64,000 bases of DNA from a virus (IMGVR_UViG_3300028886_000036:96001-160000), one strand, 5' to 3'; counted from the stretch's first letter, positions 10,701 through 20,009 are shown. The notes: generated by a model not told the origin, from the sequence alone. Program-made: numbers and translations.

Positions 10701-13055
10701 AATAATAAAGCAGATAAATTCTCGGACGATATAAGGTTAATAGATACAACGCCTAATACTGGTTTAGATGAAACATTTACCGGAGAACGTTATGATAATA
10801 ATATTAGAGGTTATGCTGTTGATTCAACTAATCTAATTGGTACTATAAGATTTAGATCTAATGCCAATGCTGATGGAGATATAGTTAAATTTATAAGAAT
10901 GTATGTTGGCGATAGTTCTATTTCGGTTAATTCTAGATATGATCACGAAACAGAAACTACAACATATTATACAGAAACTCAAACTCCTGATTTATCAGAT
11001 AATAGTACTAAAATAGCTACTACTGAATTTGTTAAATCAGTAACAAACAATATATTACCAGATCAAACTAACAATGCTAATAAATATCTTACTACTGATG
11101 GTACAACTGCTTCTTGGGCAAGTGTTGATGCTTTGCCGTCTCAATCTGGAAATGCAGGTAAGTATTTAGTTACTAACGGTACAACTGCTTCTTGGGAGGA
11201 TATTACTAATACTGAAGTTAAGATTAGTTCTATACATTATCCTTCAGAAGGAGAAACTACAATTACCTTAACTGGCTCAGATGTACTTCCAAGTGATGTC
11301 AGTAAGTATGCTATAGCAGTATATAGAGATGGCATATATCTTAATCCAACTATTGATTATAATTTTAATCATAATACTAATGTACTAACTTTTACTGTTC
11401 CGTTTGAAATAGACGAGATAGTAACTGTAATATTCTCTTACATTAGTTCTGATACACAGGCTTCGTTAGATCTTGATATAGATGAATATGAGGCCGGAGA
11501 TAATATTACTTTTGTCAATAATCCTACTACTGGTAAAGTTACAATTAATGCAGCAGCAAGCACTGCAACTGATTCAACTAAATTAGGTGGAGTTGAAGCA
11601 TCTAATTATGCATTATTAAGTTCACCTGAATTAACAGGAACACCTACGGCTCCAACTGCTGCTGCAGGCACTAGTACTACGCAGATAGCCACAACAGCAT
11701 TTGTTACTGGTGCTATTTCAGATTTAGTTAGTGGCGCTCCTTCCACATTAGACACTCTGAAAGAAATTGCTGATGTATTAAATGATAGTAGTACTGGTAT
11801 AGGTGCAATTAATACCGCATTAGAAGGCAAACTTAATACAAATATCACTACGACCGGATCTGGTAATGCTATTACTGCAATTACTGATTCTAATGGCAAT
11901 ATTACTGCAACTAAAGGAAGTACTTTTAGTTTAAGTACACATAATCATACAGGAACATACTTACCCTTAAATAACGGTATTTCTGAAGGAAATTATATAG
12001 CTTTTAAAGGTAGTCATGAAGAAGGAGTAGCTCCTAGTGCTACCATAGAAAAGTATATTACTTTTAGAGATGCCAATAGCCATAATATGGGGTCTTTGTA
12101 TTTTACTTATAATACAGATATGTCCTCATCAATGGCATTAAGAGCGTATAAAACTACTATAGCAAATGATGCCGGCAAGCAAGGACAGTTAGGAATAGGA
12201 TGGACTGCTGATAATAAAGTCTACACAGTAGCGCCTACTCCTGCAACTTCTGATAATAGCACACAGATAGCTACTACAGCGTTTGTTAAAGCTCAAGGAT
12301 ATACAACCGCTTCTGGACATAATCATGATAGTGCTTATACAGCTAAAGCAGAGTCAAAAGGTTCAGCCACGCAAGGCATTTATACTGATAGTAATGGAGC
12401 CATCCAAGCTATGACTTATTCTTTGAATAAGACAGTTCCATCTGATGCCATATTTACGGATACTAATACTAAAGTTAACGTTACTCTTGGAACTACTACT
12501 AAAGCTTATTTACTTGGTACTTCAACTACCCCTACAAGTACTGCTGCCGGGGTTACTGCAATTTCAGACACAGGAGTATATTTAGATACTACTGCTGGTA
12601 TGTTAACTGCTACAACATTTAAAGGAAATTTAAGTGGTAATTTAACTGCAACAGCACCTACAGCTCCTACAGCAACAACTACTACTAACAACACTCAGAT
12701 AGCTACAACTGCTTATGTTAATAATAGATTTGCTAATTCTACAGAAAATGTTAAAGCCTTAACTTCTGCTGCAACAATTGCTATTAACCCAACAGAGAGT
12801 AGCTTATTTACATTAACATTATCTAGGAATGCTACTATTAATATATCAACAATTTCTAATGGATACTATACTACTAATGGTGCAGTAATTACATTATTTA
12901 TGCCAGCACATAATTATACTATCTCGTGGGGATCTAGTATTTCTTGGGTAGAAGGTAGTGCACCTGATTTAAGTGAAGGATATAATATAATAACATTTGC
13001 TTCACCAAATGGCGGTACAACTTGGTATGGTAGTGCCCTTTCAGTTAGTTCATAA
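7731..13055 (+). CDS. Large tail fibre protein (1774 aa)
   Basis: Multiple PTAPT...IATTA(Y/F)V fibre repeats, LDTL-x-E/K-IA-x-AI/L motifs, HxH repeats. Confidence 0.8.
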   Translation: MSTILRHTLDDTAITKEFHERILTIDDTCDSAEVNKIPVANQHGYLDRSWLQDYNSFKIRDLQTVVNDYVTDLDDIEYVHLINLGSRISVQLTSPDEIDESLPYRKALIYRFVVKSNSDDYTITWTSNKPNYNIVWNTYSESAPELDANGTYFEFISTDNGLTWYGTSSNMTDYDIHDYYNKTTSDDRFVHYTDTELLVPDMTNMAGKYLVNNGLESYWADYKKLIYVSYPSTDVTSITVPQEYIQDATITDIFRNGVLLTESDDYAKNNSTGVITFTDIIRAGEKISVFTETSVKAHSYSAFNNLELTNSTADTPDTSDNSDKIATTAYVNNKLAEYNLSSTLASLDSPAFNGIPTAPTAAAGTNTNQIATTEFVNTAITNNTTTTTTAINNAINNLKDNAPSDLDTLGKIATAIDNDPNFSINIHNELDNKLNTSISEVGEGNGVANVSEENGSLIITKVNFSLADHDHGDAYLAATPNVGSGVTPIYTDESGQLVASSSTVGDSQTPVYLQDGVLTAVSASISLANHNHDDLYTPLSENVGSNIKHIYSNENGQLVESDATVGDNLTPVYLDNGELKVISGSVSLSNHDHDNKYAPLSLNAGSNIKHIYSDEEGHFLESDATVGDELTPVYLNNGEITAISGSVSLSNHNHDDRYTPLASDVGSGINPIYTDEFGGLIRSTATVGDDVTPVYLNNGEITAFPVSVSLSTHDHDDRYVAIRTNVGSNTTPVFLNGNGVITASSASIGNNSVPVYMDSGSITAFTESIGNETTPVFIDSGIITAFYADIGDNDTPVYIDDGSIVSTGKHFSDYLPLTGGEVTGTLTLTNETLPLVIGESLAEDHLEITSSSIQAKTGDVESDISINPDGGAVTFGNSETGTVVINNGTIHADNIVGEITGVIDRANKDSNGDIIVNTYAHLDSPDLVGTPTAPTAESGDNSNTIATTAYVDNAISELIDSSPNALNTLNELASALNNDSNFATNVFNAINNKADKFSDDIRLIDTTPNTGLDETFTGERYDNNIRGYAVDSTNLIGTIRFRSNANADGDIVKFIRMYVGDSSISVNSRYDHETETTTYYTETQTPDLSDNSTKIATTEFVKSVTNNILPDQTNNANKYLTTDGTTASWASVDALPSQSGNAGKYLVTNGTTASWEDITNTEVKISSIHYPSEGETTITLTGSDVLPSDVSKYAIAVYRDGIYLNPTIDYNFNHNTNVLTFTVPFEIDEIVTVIFSYISSDTQASLDLDIDEYEAGDNITFVNNPTTGKVTINAAASTATDSTKLGGVEASNYALLSSPELTGTPTAPTAAAGTSTTQIATTAFVTGAISDLVSGAPSTLDTLKEIADVLNDSSTGIGAINTALEGKLNTNITTTGSGNAITAITDSNGNITATKGSTFSLSTHNHTGTYLPLNNGISEGNYIAFKGSHEEGVAPSATIEKYITFRDANSHNMGSLYFTYNTDMSSSMALRAYKTTIANDAGKQGQLGIGWTADNKVYTVAPTPATSDNSTQIATTAFVKAQGYTTASGHNHDSAYTAKAESKGSATQGIYTDSNGAIQAMTYSLNKTVPSDAIFTDTNTKVNVTLGTTTKAYLLGTSTTPTSTAAGVTAISDTGVYLDTTAGMLTATTFKGNLSGNLTATAPTAPTATTTTNNTQIATTAYVNNRFANSTENVKALTSAATIAINPTESSLFTLTLSRNATINISTISNGYYTTNGAVITLFMPAHNYTISWGSSISWVEGSAPDLSEGYNIITFASPNGGTTWYGSALSVSS
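9123..9900 (+). repeat. 183-bp (61 aa) internal tandem repeat, about 4.3 copies
   Basis: SL-x-x-HxH starts at 9123, 9306, 9489, 9672 and 9855. Confidence 0.85.
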
Positions 13056-13069
13056 GGGAGGTGAATAGA

Positions 13070-15709
13070 TTGGCTGATACTAATAAAACTAGAGTAACTA
13101 TTGAAATGATTAGTCCGACTATTTTATCCAAGGCAGAAATTGAAAGTTTATATGCTCCATTAATTTCTCCGGCATTATCTGGAACGCCAACTATTTCTAC
13201 AACTCCTGATAAGACAGATAATAGTCATAAAATAGCAGATACTGCATATGTTAAAAATAATTTAGCCGATTACTTACCATTAACTGGTGGAACTATTTCT
13301 AACAGTGGTGCCGTTAACGGATTAACAATCTATAGTCCAAAGAATAATTATGCTTTAAGATTTTCAAATGATGTAGATAAAGGAACTGCTCCTAGTTCTA
13401 ATAAGATACATGGAATAGAATTCTATGGATCAGACACTTCTGCAACTAATAAAAGATTATCCAATATAGATGCTGGTGTAACTACAGAAAATGCAAGTTA
13501 CATTACAATGGCAGCATATGGATGTAAAACTTCTACAGATACTACTAGATCTGTTATTGGGGCGTATGTAGATGCTAATGATAATATATACACATCTGCT
13601 CCAACTCCAGATACCAATGATAATAGTACTAAGATTGCTACTACAGCGTATACTAGAAAATATGCTGCAGCAACCTATCTACCCTTAACTGGTGGTACTA
13701 TAACAGGAAATATAGTCTATAAAAATGCTAATATAACCAGAGGAACAGCTCCTTCAGCATTAACTTATCATGATTTTGCATTTAAAGATTCAAATAATGA
13801 ATATATTGGATTACTTCGTACTGAATATGATACCAATAAATCATCTTTAGTTAGTTTAAAAACTTTTAATACAACAGTATCTGGTACTAGTAATAATATT
13901 GCTAGATTAGGAATCGGATGTGATGCTTCTGGGAATGCTTATACAGTTGCGCCTACTCCGGCTACAAATGATAACTCTACTAAAATAGCTACTACAGCAT
14001 ATACTAGAAGTTATACAAGTGCTACTTATTTACCATTGACAGGCGGAAATGTTTCTGGCAATATAAATAGAACGCATACTTATACAATAGGAACTGCACC
14101 TAGCTCAACTCAAGAATCAAAATATAGTTTTTTAGATTCAACTGGGCTTAATATGGGGACTGTTTATTTTACTTATAATACTGATAAATCGTCATTAATA
14201 TCTTTAAGAGCCTATAATACTACTACTAAAAATAGTAATGGTAACATTGGAATGCTAGGTATTGGAAGTAACTCTTCAGGAGCGGTGTATACTATAGCCC
14301 CTACCCCAGCTACAGCAGATAATAGTACTAAAATTGCTACTACTGCATATGTTAAAAGTAACTTAAATAGTTATTTACCATTAAGTGGTGGAGTTTTAAC
14401 TGGAGCTCTTCAGTGTAAAACTACTTATACTAATGGATCTGGAACAACATATACCAGTCCATTAATTCAATTTAACTCTTGCAATGCTAGTTATGGTAAT
14501 AATGTTGCTTTTGGTGGGTTAAGTAATACTATTGTTGGATCTGGCGAATCAGTAAATAGCCAGTTAACAGCTTTAGCTGGAGTTGAGGCAGAACAACTAT
14601 ATTTAGTTTCAGATTCAGTAATTAATTTCAAGGTTAATTGTAATACTTGGGCTAATGCTAAAACAATTACACTCAATACTAACGGGGAATTATCAGGATT
14701 AACCAAAGTAACTTCAACTAGCTTTGTAGGAACTCTAACTGGAAATTGCTCAGGAACATCTGCAAATGTAACTGGTACTGTTGCAATAGCTCATGGTGGA
14801 ACTGGAGCCACTACTAGATTAGAAGCTGTTAAAGCGTTAACCAATGAAAATGTTGGGACTGCGGCTACTCATTTCCTGACAATCACTACATCTTGGGGCA
14901 AGGCAGGATATAGTACAGTTGCTAATGTCAAGTCTATTTTAGGATTAGGAAGTGCCGCTTATACAGCTAGTACAGCTTATGCAGCTAGTAATCATAATCA
15001 TGACTCTACTTATCTGAAATTATCTGGTGGAACTATGACAGGTCAGTTGGTAATTAATAAAAATACAGGTCTTTCTGCTACAGCAGCAAATGCGTGCGCT
15101 TTAGTTATTGGTGGTACTCAAACTGCAGCCCATATAGAGATAGATCCTAATGAGATACAGGCTAAATCTAATGGTACTACTGCTACTGCATTATATCTTA
15201 ACAATGGTGGTGGAACAGTATATTTATCTAACGGAACAGCTATTTCAGCAGCTAATGGTACATTTACAGCAACTAAAATAGTTGGAGCTTATTATGCTGA
15301 CTATGCCGAATGGTTCCCTCGTGGCGAGGAAACAGAACCCGGTGATGTTATTGTATTAGATTTAGATTCTGATAAAGAACAATATATTAAATCTAGTAAA
15401 GATAATAAAAAGGTTGTTGGTGTTCATTCTGATAATTATAGCCATATAATAGGTGGTGAGCAAGCTCCTGAAGGAATTGATCACAAAGAATATAATGAGC
15501 CAAAGTATATTCCAGTAGCTTTATGTGGTAGAATTGAAACTAAATTTATAGGCGCAGCTAAAAAGGGAGATTATGTTGTTCCTTCTGATATACCTGGCGT
15601 AGCTAGAAGTTATAAAGAAACGGATAATCCTTTATCTGTATTTGGTATGCTGGTTGAAGAAGATAATTTAGTTGATACAATAAGAAGGTTAAAGGTTAAA
15701 TTAAAATAA
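13070..15709 (+). CDS. Tail fibre protein with C-terminal peptidase_G2-like intramolecular chaperone
   Basis: YLPLTGG and DNSTKIATTAY repeats; ADYAEWF...VVGVHSD...PVALCGR; TTG 13070 follows a GGGAGGTGA RBS. Confidence 0.8.
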   Translation: MADTNKTRVTIEMISPTILSKAEIESLYAPLISPALSGTPTISTTPDKTDNSHKIADTAYVKNNLADYLPLTGGTISNSGAVNGLTIYSPKNNYALRFSNDVDKGTAPSSNKIHGIEFYGSDTSATNKRLSNIDAGVTTENASYITMAAYGCKTSTDTTRSVIGAYVDANDNIYTSAPTPDTNDNSTKIATTAYTRKYAAATYLPLTGGTITGNIVYKNANITRGTAPSALTYHDFAFKDSNNEYIGLLRTEYDTNKSSLVSLKTFNTTVSGTSNNIARLGIGCDASGNAYTVAPTPATNDNSTKIATTAYTRSYTSATYLPLTGGNVSGNINRTHTYTIGTAPSSTQESKYSFLDSTGLNMGTVYFTYNTDKSSLISLRAYNTTTKNSNGNIGMLGIGSNSSGAVYTIAPTPATADNSTKIATTAYVKSNLNSYLPLSGGVLTGALQCKTTYTNGSGTTYTSPLIQFNSCNASYGNNVAFGGLSNTIVGSGESVNSQLTALAGVEAEQLYLVSDSVINFKVNCNTWANAKTITLNTNGELSGLTKVTSTSFVGTLTGNCSGTSANVTGTVAIAHGGTGATTRLEAVKALTNENVGTAATHFLTITTSWGKAGYSTVANVKSILGLGSAAYTASTAYAASNHNHDSTYLKLSGGTMTGQLVINKNTGLSATAANACALVIGGTQTAAHIEIDPNEIQAKSNGTTATALYLNNGGGTVYLSNGTAISAANGTFTATKIVGAYYADYAEWFPRGEETEPGDVIVLDLDSDKEQYIKSSKDNKKVVGVHSDNYSHIIGGEQAPEGIDHKEYNEPKYIPVALCGRIETKFIGAAKKGDYVVPSDIPGVARSYKETDNPLSVFGMLVEEDNLVDTIRRLKVKLK

Positions 15710-15732
15710 TAGAAAGCGAGTGACATTTCACT

Positions 15733-16848
15733 TTGAAAACTTATGAAAATGAAAGACATTTTTTAAGAAGAAATATAGACACTATTTTTTTAATGATGGG
15801 AAATGAATGCAATCTTAATTGTAGATATTGCTTACAGCATCCTTTAGTGGAACATCCGATTTCTCACGAAATAAATCCAGATATATACTATTTTATTGAG
15901 CAAGTTTGTAGGGAGAATATTCATCTTCCTTTAGATCTTCGTTTTTGGGGAGGAGAACCTTTAGTTTTTCTCCCCAATATTAAAAATGTAGTATATGAAA
16001 TAGAACAAAGAGATTTGCCAGTATCATTTAGTACAATGAGTAATGGTAAATTAGTAACTGAAGAATTAATAGAATATTTTAAAGAACATAACTTTAACTT
16101 TGCTATTAGTTGGGATGGAAGAAATAGTATAAAGACTAGAGGATATAATGCTTTTGAAGATAAGAAAGATATATTATTTCAGATGCCACATCTTTGTATA
16201 AGTGCTGTATTAAGTGCTTATGCATATCCTAAACAAATCTGTGAAGATTTTCAACAGCTAGATAATGAATATATGGAAAAAACTGGATACCACATTGGAA
16301 TGAATGTAGATGACATATTTAATACCGGAGATCTACCAGAAGATCTTTTAAATTTTGATTATGACAAGATAATATCTGAAATGATTGAGCTAACTAGCAT
16401 TTTTATAGAAGATAGACTCAACAATAATATGCCACCAGAACATTATGCTATAAACCATTATATTGGAAATATCTATGATTCTGTTAAGCATTTTTATAGT
16501 GCTGGAGACGATGCTACCTGGAATAATATCTGGTGTTGCTGCGGTAATGGTTATACAACTTTAAATCTTGGTATAGATGGAACATTATATCCATGTCATA
16601 ATACTAGTCATAGTGTAGGAAATATTAAAGATTCATATTTTCGTTATCTTAAAAATGTAATTAAGTATGATACTACATTTAGGCACCATTATGATAATAC
16701 GTGTAACGATTGCCCAGCAATAAGTTATTGTCATGGCGGATGTAAGTTAGTGTCTGATGAGAATAGGAATAAAACATATTGTAATTTAAAAAAAGCTATA
16801 GTTCTGCCTGTAATTCAGATGCTTACTGAATTAGGAACAGAACTATAA
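15733..16848 (+). CDS. Radical SAM/SPASM-domain enzyme (peptide-maturase-like)
   Basis: CNLNCRYC, WGGEP, SWDG; SPASM CG-x8-DG-x-LYPC...CNDC-x5-C-HGG-C...C. Confidence 0.92.
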   Translation: MKTYENERHFLRRNIDTIFLMMGNECNLNCRYCLQHPLVEHPISHEINPDIYYFIEQVCRENIHLPLDLRFWGGEPLVFLPNIKNVVYEIEQRDLPVSFSTMSNGKLVTEELIEYFKEHNFNFAISWDGRNSIKTRGYNAFEDKKDILFQMPHLCISAVLSAYAYPKQICEDFQQLDNEYMEKTGYHIGMNVDDIFNTGDLPEDLLNFDYDKIISEMIELTSIFIEDRLNNNMPPEHYAINHYIGNIYDSVKHFYSAGDDATWNNIWCCCGNGYTTLNLGIDGTLYPCHNTSHSVGNIKDSYFRYLKNVIKYDTTFRHHYDNTCNDCPAISYCHGGCKLVSDENRNKTYCNLKKAIVLPVIQMLTELGTEL

Positions 16849-16866
16849 ACAAGGGGGAGTTGTTTT

Positions 16867-17271
16867 ATGGCTAAAAATGGTACTATAAATAAAACAACTT
16901 TTACCGATCAATCTAATATACAAGGCGGAACTTTAATATTAGCTAAAGCTATTCATGTTGCTGAATTGCGAACTGCTATTGGTAAACTTGAGCAATACTC
17001 TGTAAATGTAGATAATTGTGGTCAATGTGCTTGTCAGAATAAGTGTACTTGTCAATCCGATAAAGAATGTAGATGTGAATCATGTCAAGACGCATGCACA
17101 GAATGTACTTGTCAATCTGATAAGCAGTGTAGATGTGAATCATGCCAGGATGCGTGTATTGAATGTTCTTGTGAACAAGTTCGTTCTAATTCGTGTTCTA
17201 ATTGTGGATATAATAGTTGCGATTCTTGCTCAGGTGGAGACGATTGGGGAAGTAGCGGAGGTTATGAATAA
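16867..17271 (+). CDS. Cys-repeat precursor-like protein A (putative rSAM target)
   Basis: Cys-free 50-aa N-terminus, then 21 Cys; AAGGGGGAG RBS. Confidence 0.75.
   Translation: MAKNGTINKTTFTDQSNIQGGTLILAKAIHVAELRTAIGKLEQYSVNVDNCGQCACQNKCTCQSDKECRCESCQDACTECTCQSDKQCRCESCQDACIECSCEQVRSNSCSNCGYNSCDSCSGGDDWGSSGGYE
17044..17163 (+). repeat. 60-bp (20 aa) tandem repeat, 2 copies
   Basis: CTCQSDK(E/Q)CRCESCQDAC(T/I)E twice, with mostly synonymous DNA differences. Confidence 0.9.
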
Positions 17272-17712
17272 ATGGCTACTTGGACAGATTCTACATTAAG
17301 TAATAAAATAAAAATTAAAGCTGTTCATGTCAATGAAGTTAAAAACGCAATTCAATCTCTTATAGATAAAGCTAAATTGTCATCTACAGTATCAATAGGC
17401 ACTATAAACACTAGTAAAAAAGTACTTGAATCTAATATTTCAAAGTTACAAAAATCTATAAATGCATTAGAAACCAACTTTTCTGGAAATTGTGCAAAAA
17501 CTCAATGTACTTCAAAATGTGAATCTTGTCAAGATTCGTGTACACAATGTAAGTGCCAATCTGATAAAGAATGTAAGTGCCAATCTTGTCAGGATACTTG
17601 TAAACAGTGTATATGCCAAACGGACAAATGTCAAAAATGCCAATCGCAATGTCAATGTTATGATGGATGCTATGACGGTTGCAGTGGCGGAGATGATTAT
17701 GGTTCTGAATAG
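17272..17712 (+). CDS. Cys-repeat precursor-like protein B (putative rSAM target)
   Basis: 19 Cys in the C-terminal half; shares KA(I/V)HV-x-E and CSGGDD(W/Y)GS with protein A. Confidence 0.75.
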   Translation: MATWTDSTLSNKIKIKAVHVNEVKNAIQSLIDKAKLSSTVSIGTINTSKKVLESNISKLQKSINALETNFSGNCAKTQCTSKCESCQDSCTQCKCQSDKECKCQSCQDTCKQCICQTDKCQKCQSQCQCYDGCYDGCSGGDDYGSE

Positions 17713-17738
17713 CTAGTATAGAGAGAAGGTCGGTTATT

Positions 17739-18308
17739 ATAATATCTTTAAAACCCTGGTATTCTAAACTACATTTAAAAGTATTAGATACCATAAATAA
17801 AGACATTTATAAGTTTATATATCACATTTCATTAAGAAACGACTATCTTGGTCTTGTTATGAAATGGGATCAATCATGTATTGAAATAATAAAAGAAACA
17901 TTGTTATTTAAAGATATATTTTATAATATAGAGATTTCTAGTATTGAGGATTATGAAAGTATTAATCTTTCATGTAAAGGAAATACACACAAGTTTCATT
18001 ATTTTTGTGAAGTATCTAAATATAATGATCTAAAAAGTATCCCATGTTTAGGGGTATATATGAGCAATGGAAAGTTTCCTTATAATGTTAGGGAATCCAT
18101 AATAAATAAGGGTGAAAATCTTAAAAGAGCTATGTTTAAGTTTAGTTCTATAGAAGATTATATTAGGTTAAATGATTATACTTTATTTTTAGATACTGAA
18201 GGAAATGTATATGACAATGTTCTTTTTATAAACAATGTATGCAATATTTTCAATGACAACATTGATGTAAAGTTGTTTGACTACATAAGAAAGAGAGTGA
18301 GCGTATGA
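17739..18308 (+). CDS. Degenerate radical-SAM-like accessory protein (no CxxxCxxC); probable ATA/ATT start
   Basis: Frame open from 17709. The extension gives INKDIYKFI (compare INPDIYYFI in rSAM1); TLFLDTEGNVY resembles the SPASM entry. The ORF track starts at 17859. Confidence 0.55.
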   Translation: MISLKPWYSKLHLKVLDTINKDIYKFIYHISLRNDYLGLVMKWDQSCIEIIKETLLFKDIFYNIEISSIEDYESINLSCKGNTHKFHYFCEVSKYNDLKSIPCLGVYMSNGKFPYNVRESIINKGENLKRAMFKFSSIEDYIRLNDYTLFLDTEGNVYDNVLFINNVCNIFNDNIDVKLFDYIRKRVSV

Positions 18309-19096
18309 TTAAAGTTATTAATAACACTTCATTAGTGTATGATATTACAAGAATACCACACATTAATCAGTATAGAGACATAACATTATATGCGTCAGAA
18401 ACAGAGGATCAGTTATATATAAAAGTTGCTTTTATATCTGGTACAGAAGCTTTTGAAAGCTATATCTTGGAGAAGACTTTTGATAAGAATGCTATTAAAG
18501 GTACATTATGTGATATAACTTTTATTAGATCTACATCATATTCGCCTTACAATATTTTTGTAATTGGTAGGAAGTTTAATCGTGTAGATGCTCCTTTAAG
18601 AAATCCAACTAATGAAAGAATATTTTCTTTTGCAACATTATATATAGCTAATAACGGCGATGTCTACATTATACCTAGGTGGAGACTTACACACACCAGT
18701 AATAAGTTTGATGGATGTGATTATTCTGAAGTTGCATTTAATGGTAGAACTCCACAAGAAATATTATTTGAGTTAGTACCAGAAACGGTAGATATCACTA
18801 AAGCGTGGTATATCAAAAAGGAAACTCTTGGTGACTCTATTGATACTAGAACATCTGTGACCTATTTAGAGAACCAAGTAGATGTTTTGTATAAGATTAT
18901 TGAAAAGCTTATAGCTGCTACAAATATAGATGTATCAGAATATGCTGACATTCTCGATGCTGTTGATAAAACTTCAGTAATGAATATTAACAGTATTGAA
19001 AAGATTGTAAATAAGATTAATAGAGATAAGAAATATATTAGAACTAAACAGAAAGAGTATCACGATAAATTAAAAGCAGCTGGGTTTGATGCCTAG
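18305..19096 (+). CDS. Hypothetical protein in the rSAM cassette with helical/coiled-coil C-terminus
   Basis: 263 aa, overlaps both neighbours. Confidence 0.75.
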   Translation: MIKVINNTSLVYDITRIPHINQYRDITLYASETEDQLYIKVAFISGTEAFESYILEKTFDKNAIKGTLCDITFIRSTSYSPYNIFVIGRKFNRVDAPLRNPTNERIFSFATLYIANNGDVYIIPRWRLTHTSNKFDGCDYSEVAFNGRTPQEILFELVPETVDITKAWYIKKETLGDSIDTRTSVTYLENQVDVLYKIIEKLIAATNIDVSEYADILDAVDKTSVMNINSIEKIVNKINRDKKYIRTKQKEYHDKLKAAGFDA

Positions 19097-20009
19097 TTTA
19101 AAATTAAGAGTTGGAAGTAAGTGTAATCAGAACTGTAAGTTTTGTCATTCACATAAAGGGGATGAATATGTATTCAATCCTAAAATCATCCCCTTTATTA
19201 AATATAATGATTTTGATAATGTAACTTATGGCGGTGGGGAACCATTAGTATATTGGGATATTATTAAACTGATTGTTGAGTCTATACCAGACATTCATTA
19301 CACTATAGTTACAAACGGATCATTATTTAATGAGGAAATGTTAGAGTATTGTACTAAATACAACATTAGAATATACATTTCATTGACAGATTACACAAAT
19401 ATTTCCGACTATACCTATACATTAATAGGTAAAGTGCCACAACTTGGGACCGCAAAACTATATGATGGAACTAAAACTTTTCAAGAACTGGATAAATTAG
19501 TTGAAAACTTTAAGTTAAAAACTGGTAGAGATATAAATAGCTATTGGTATAACTTAATGCACACTACATGCAACAATCCTAGTATGGTTTACACTGATGA
19601 GATGAAAAAGCATTATATAGATAATATGAAAGAAAGGCTTAAGGATACATTATATTCTAAAAAAATAGGTTATCCTACTAAATGGTCATGCATGTCACAA
19701 GATCTTCACACATTTTTAGTAGGGAATAGAATTCAAGGATGCAATACATATAATCATACAACAATTAGTTTAGATGGCAGGTTTATGCCGTGCTCATATA
19801 TAGCAGAATATGGTGCTTCGATAGAAGATTTATATAATTATGATATTCCAAAGTTAAAATCTGAAAAGTGCTATGATTGTAATTTAGTATATAAGTGTCA
19901 TTCTTGTTATAAAACTTTAAACAATGATCAATGTGAAATTTATAATGAATTGTATAGTTATGTTGAGAAAATTTGTAACGAATACAATTTAGATATAGAT
20001 AAATTATAA
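19086..20009 (+). CDS. Second radical SAM enzyme with SPASM-like C-terminus
   Basis: CNQNCKFC, GGGEP, VTNG; GC...SLDGRFMPC...CYDC-x5-CHSC...C (start 19086 or ATG 19089). Confidence 0.9.
   Translation: MMPSLKLRVGSKCNQNCKFCHSHKGDEYVFNPKIIPFIKYNDFDNVTYGGGEPLVYWDIIKLIVESIPDIHYTIVTNGSLFNEEMLEYCTKYNIRIYISLTDYTNISDYTYTLIGKVPQLGTAKLYDGTKTFQELDKLVENFKLKTGRDINSYWYNLMHTTCNNPSMVYTDEMKKHYIDNMKERLKDTLYSKKIGYPTKWSCMSQDLHTFLVGNRIQGCNTYNHTTISLDGRFMPCSYIAEYGASIEDLYNYDIPKLKSEKCYDCNLVYKCHSCYKTLNNDQCEIYNELYSYVEKICNEYNLDIDKL

Noticed and set aside
17018-17806. Alternative-frame ORFs 17018-17299, 17492-17716 and 17456-17806
   Set aside because: Shadows of the TGT-rich Cys-repeat genes; no convincing RBS.
15733-20009. 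rSAMs as QueE, NrdG or MoaA-type cofactor/DNA-modification enzymes
   Set aside because: SPASM-type C-termini and adjacent Cys-repeat proteins; no que/fol/nrd partner genes nearby.
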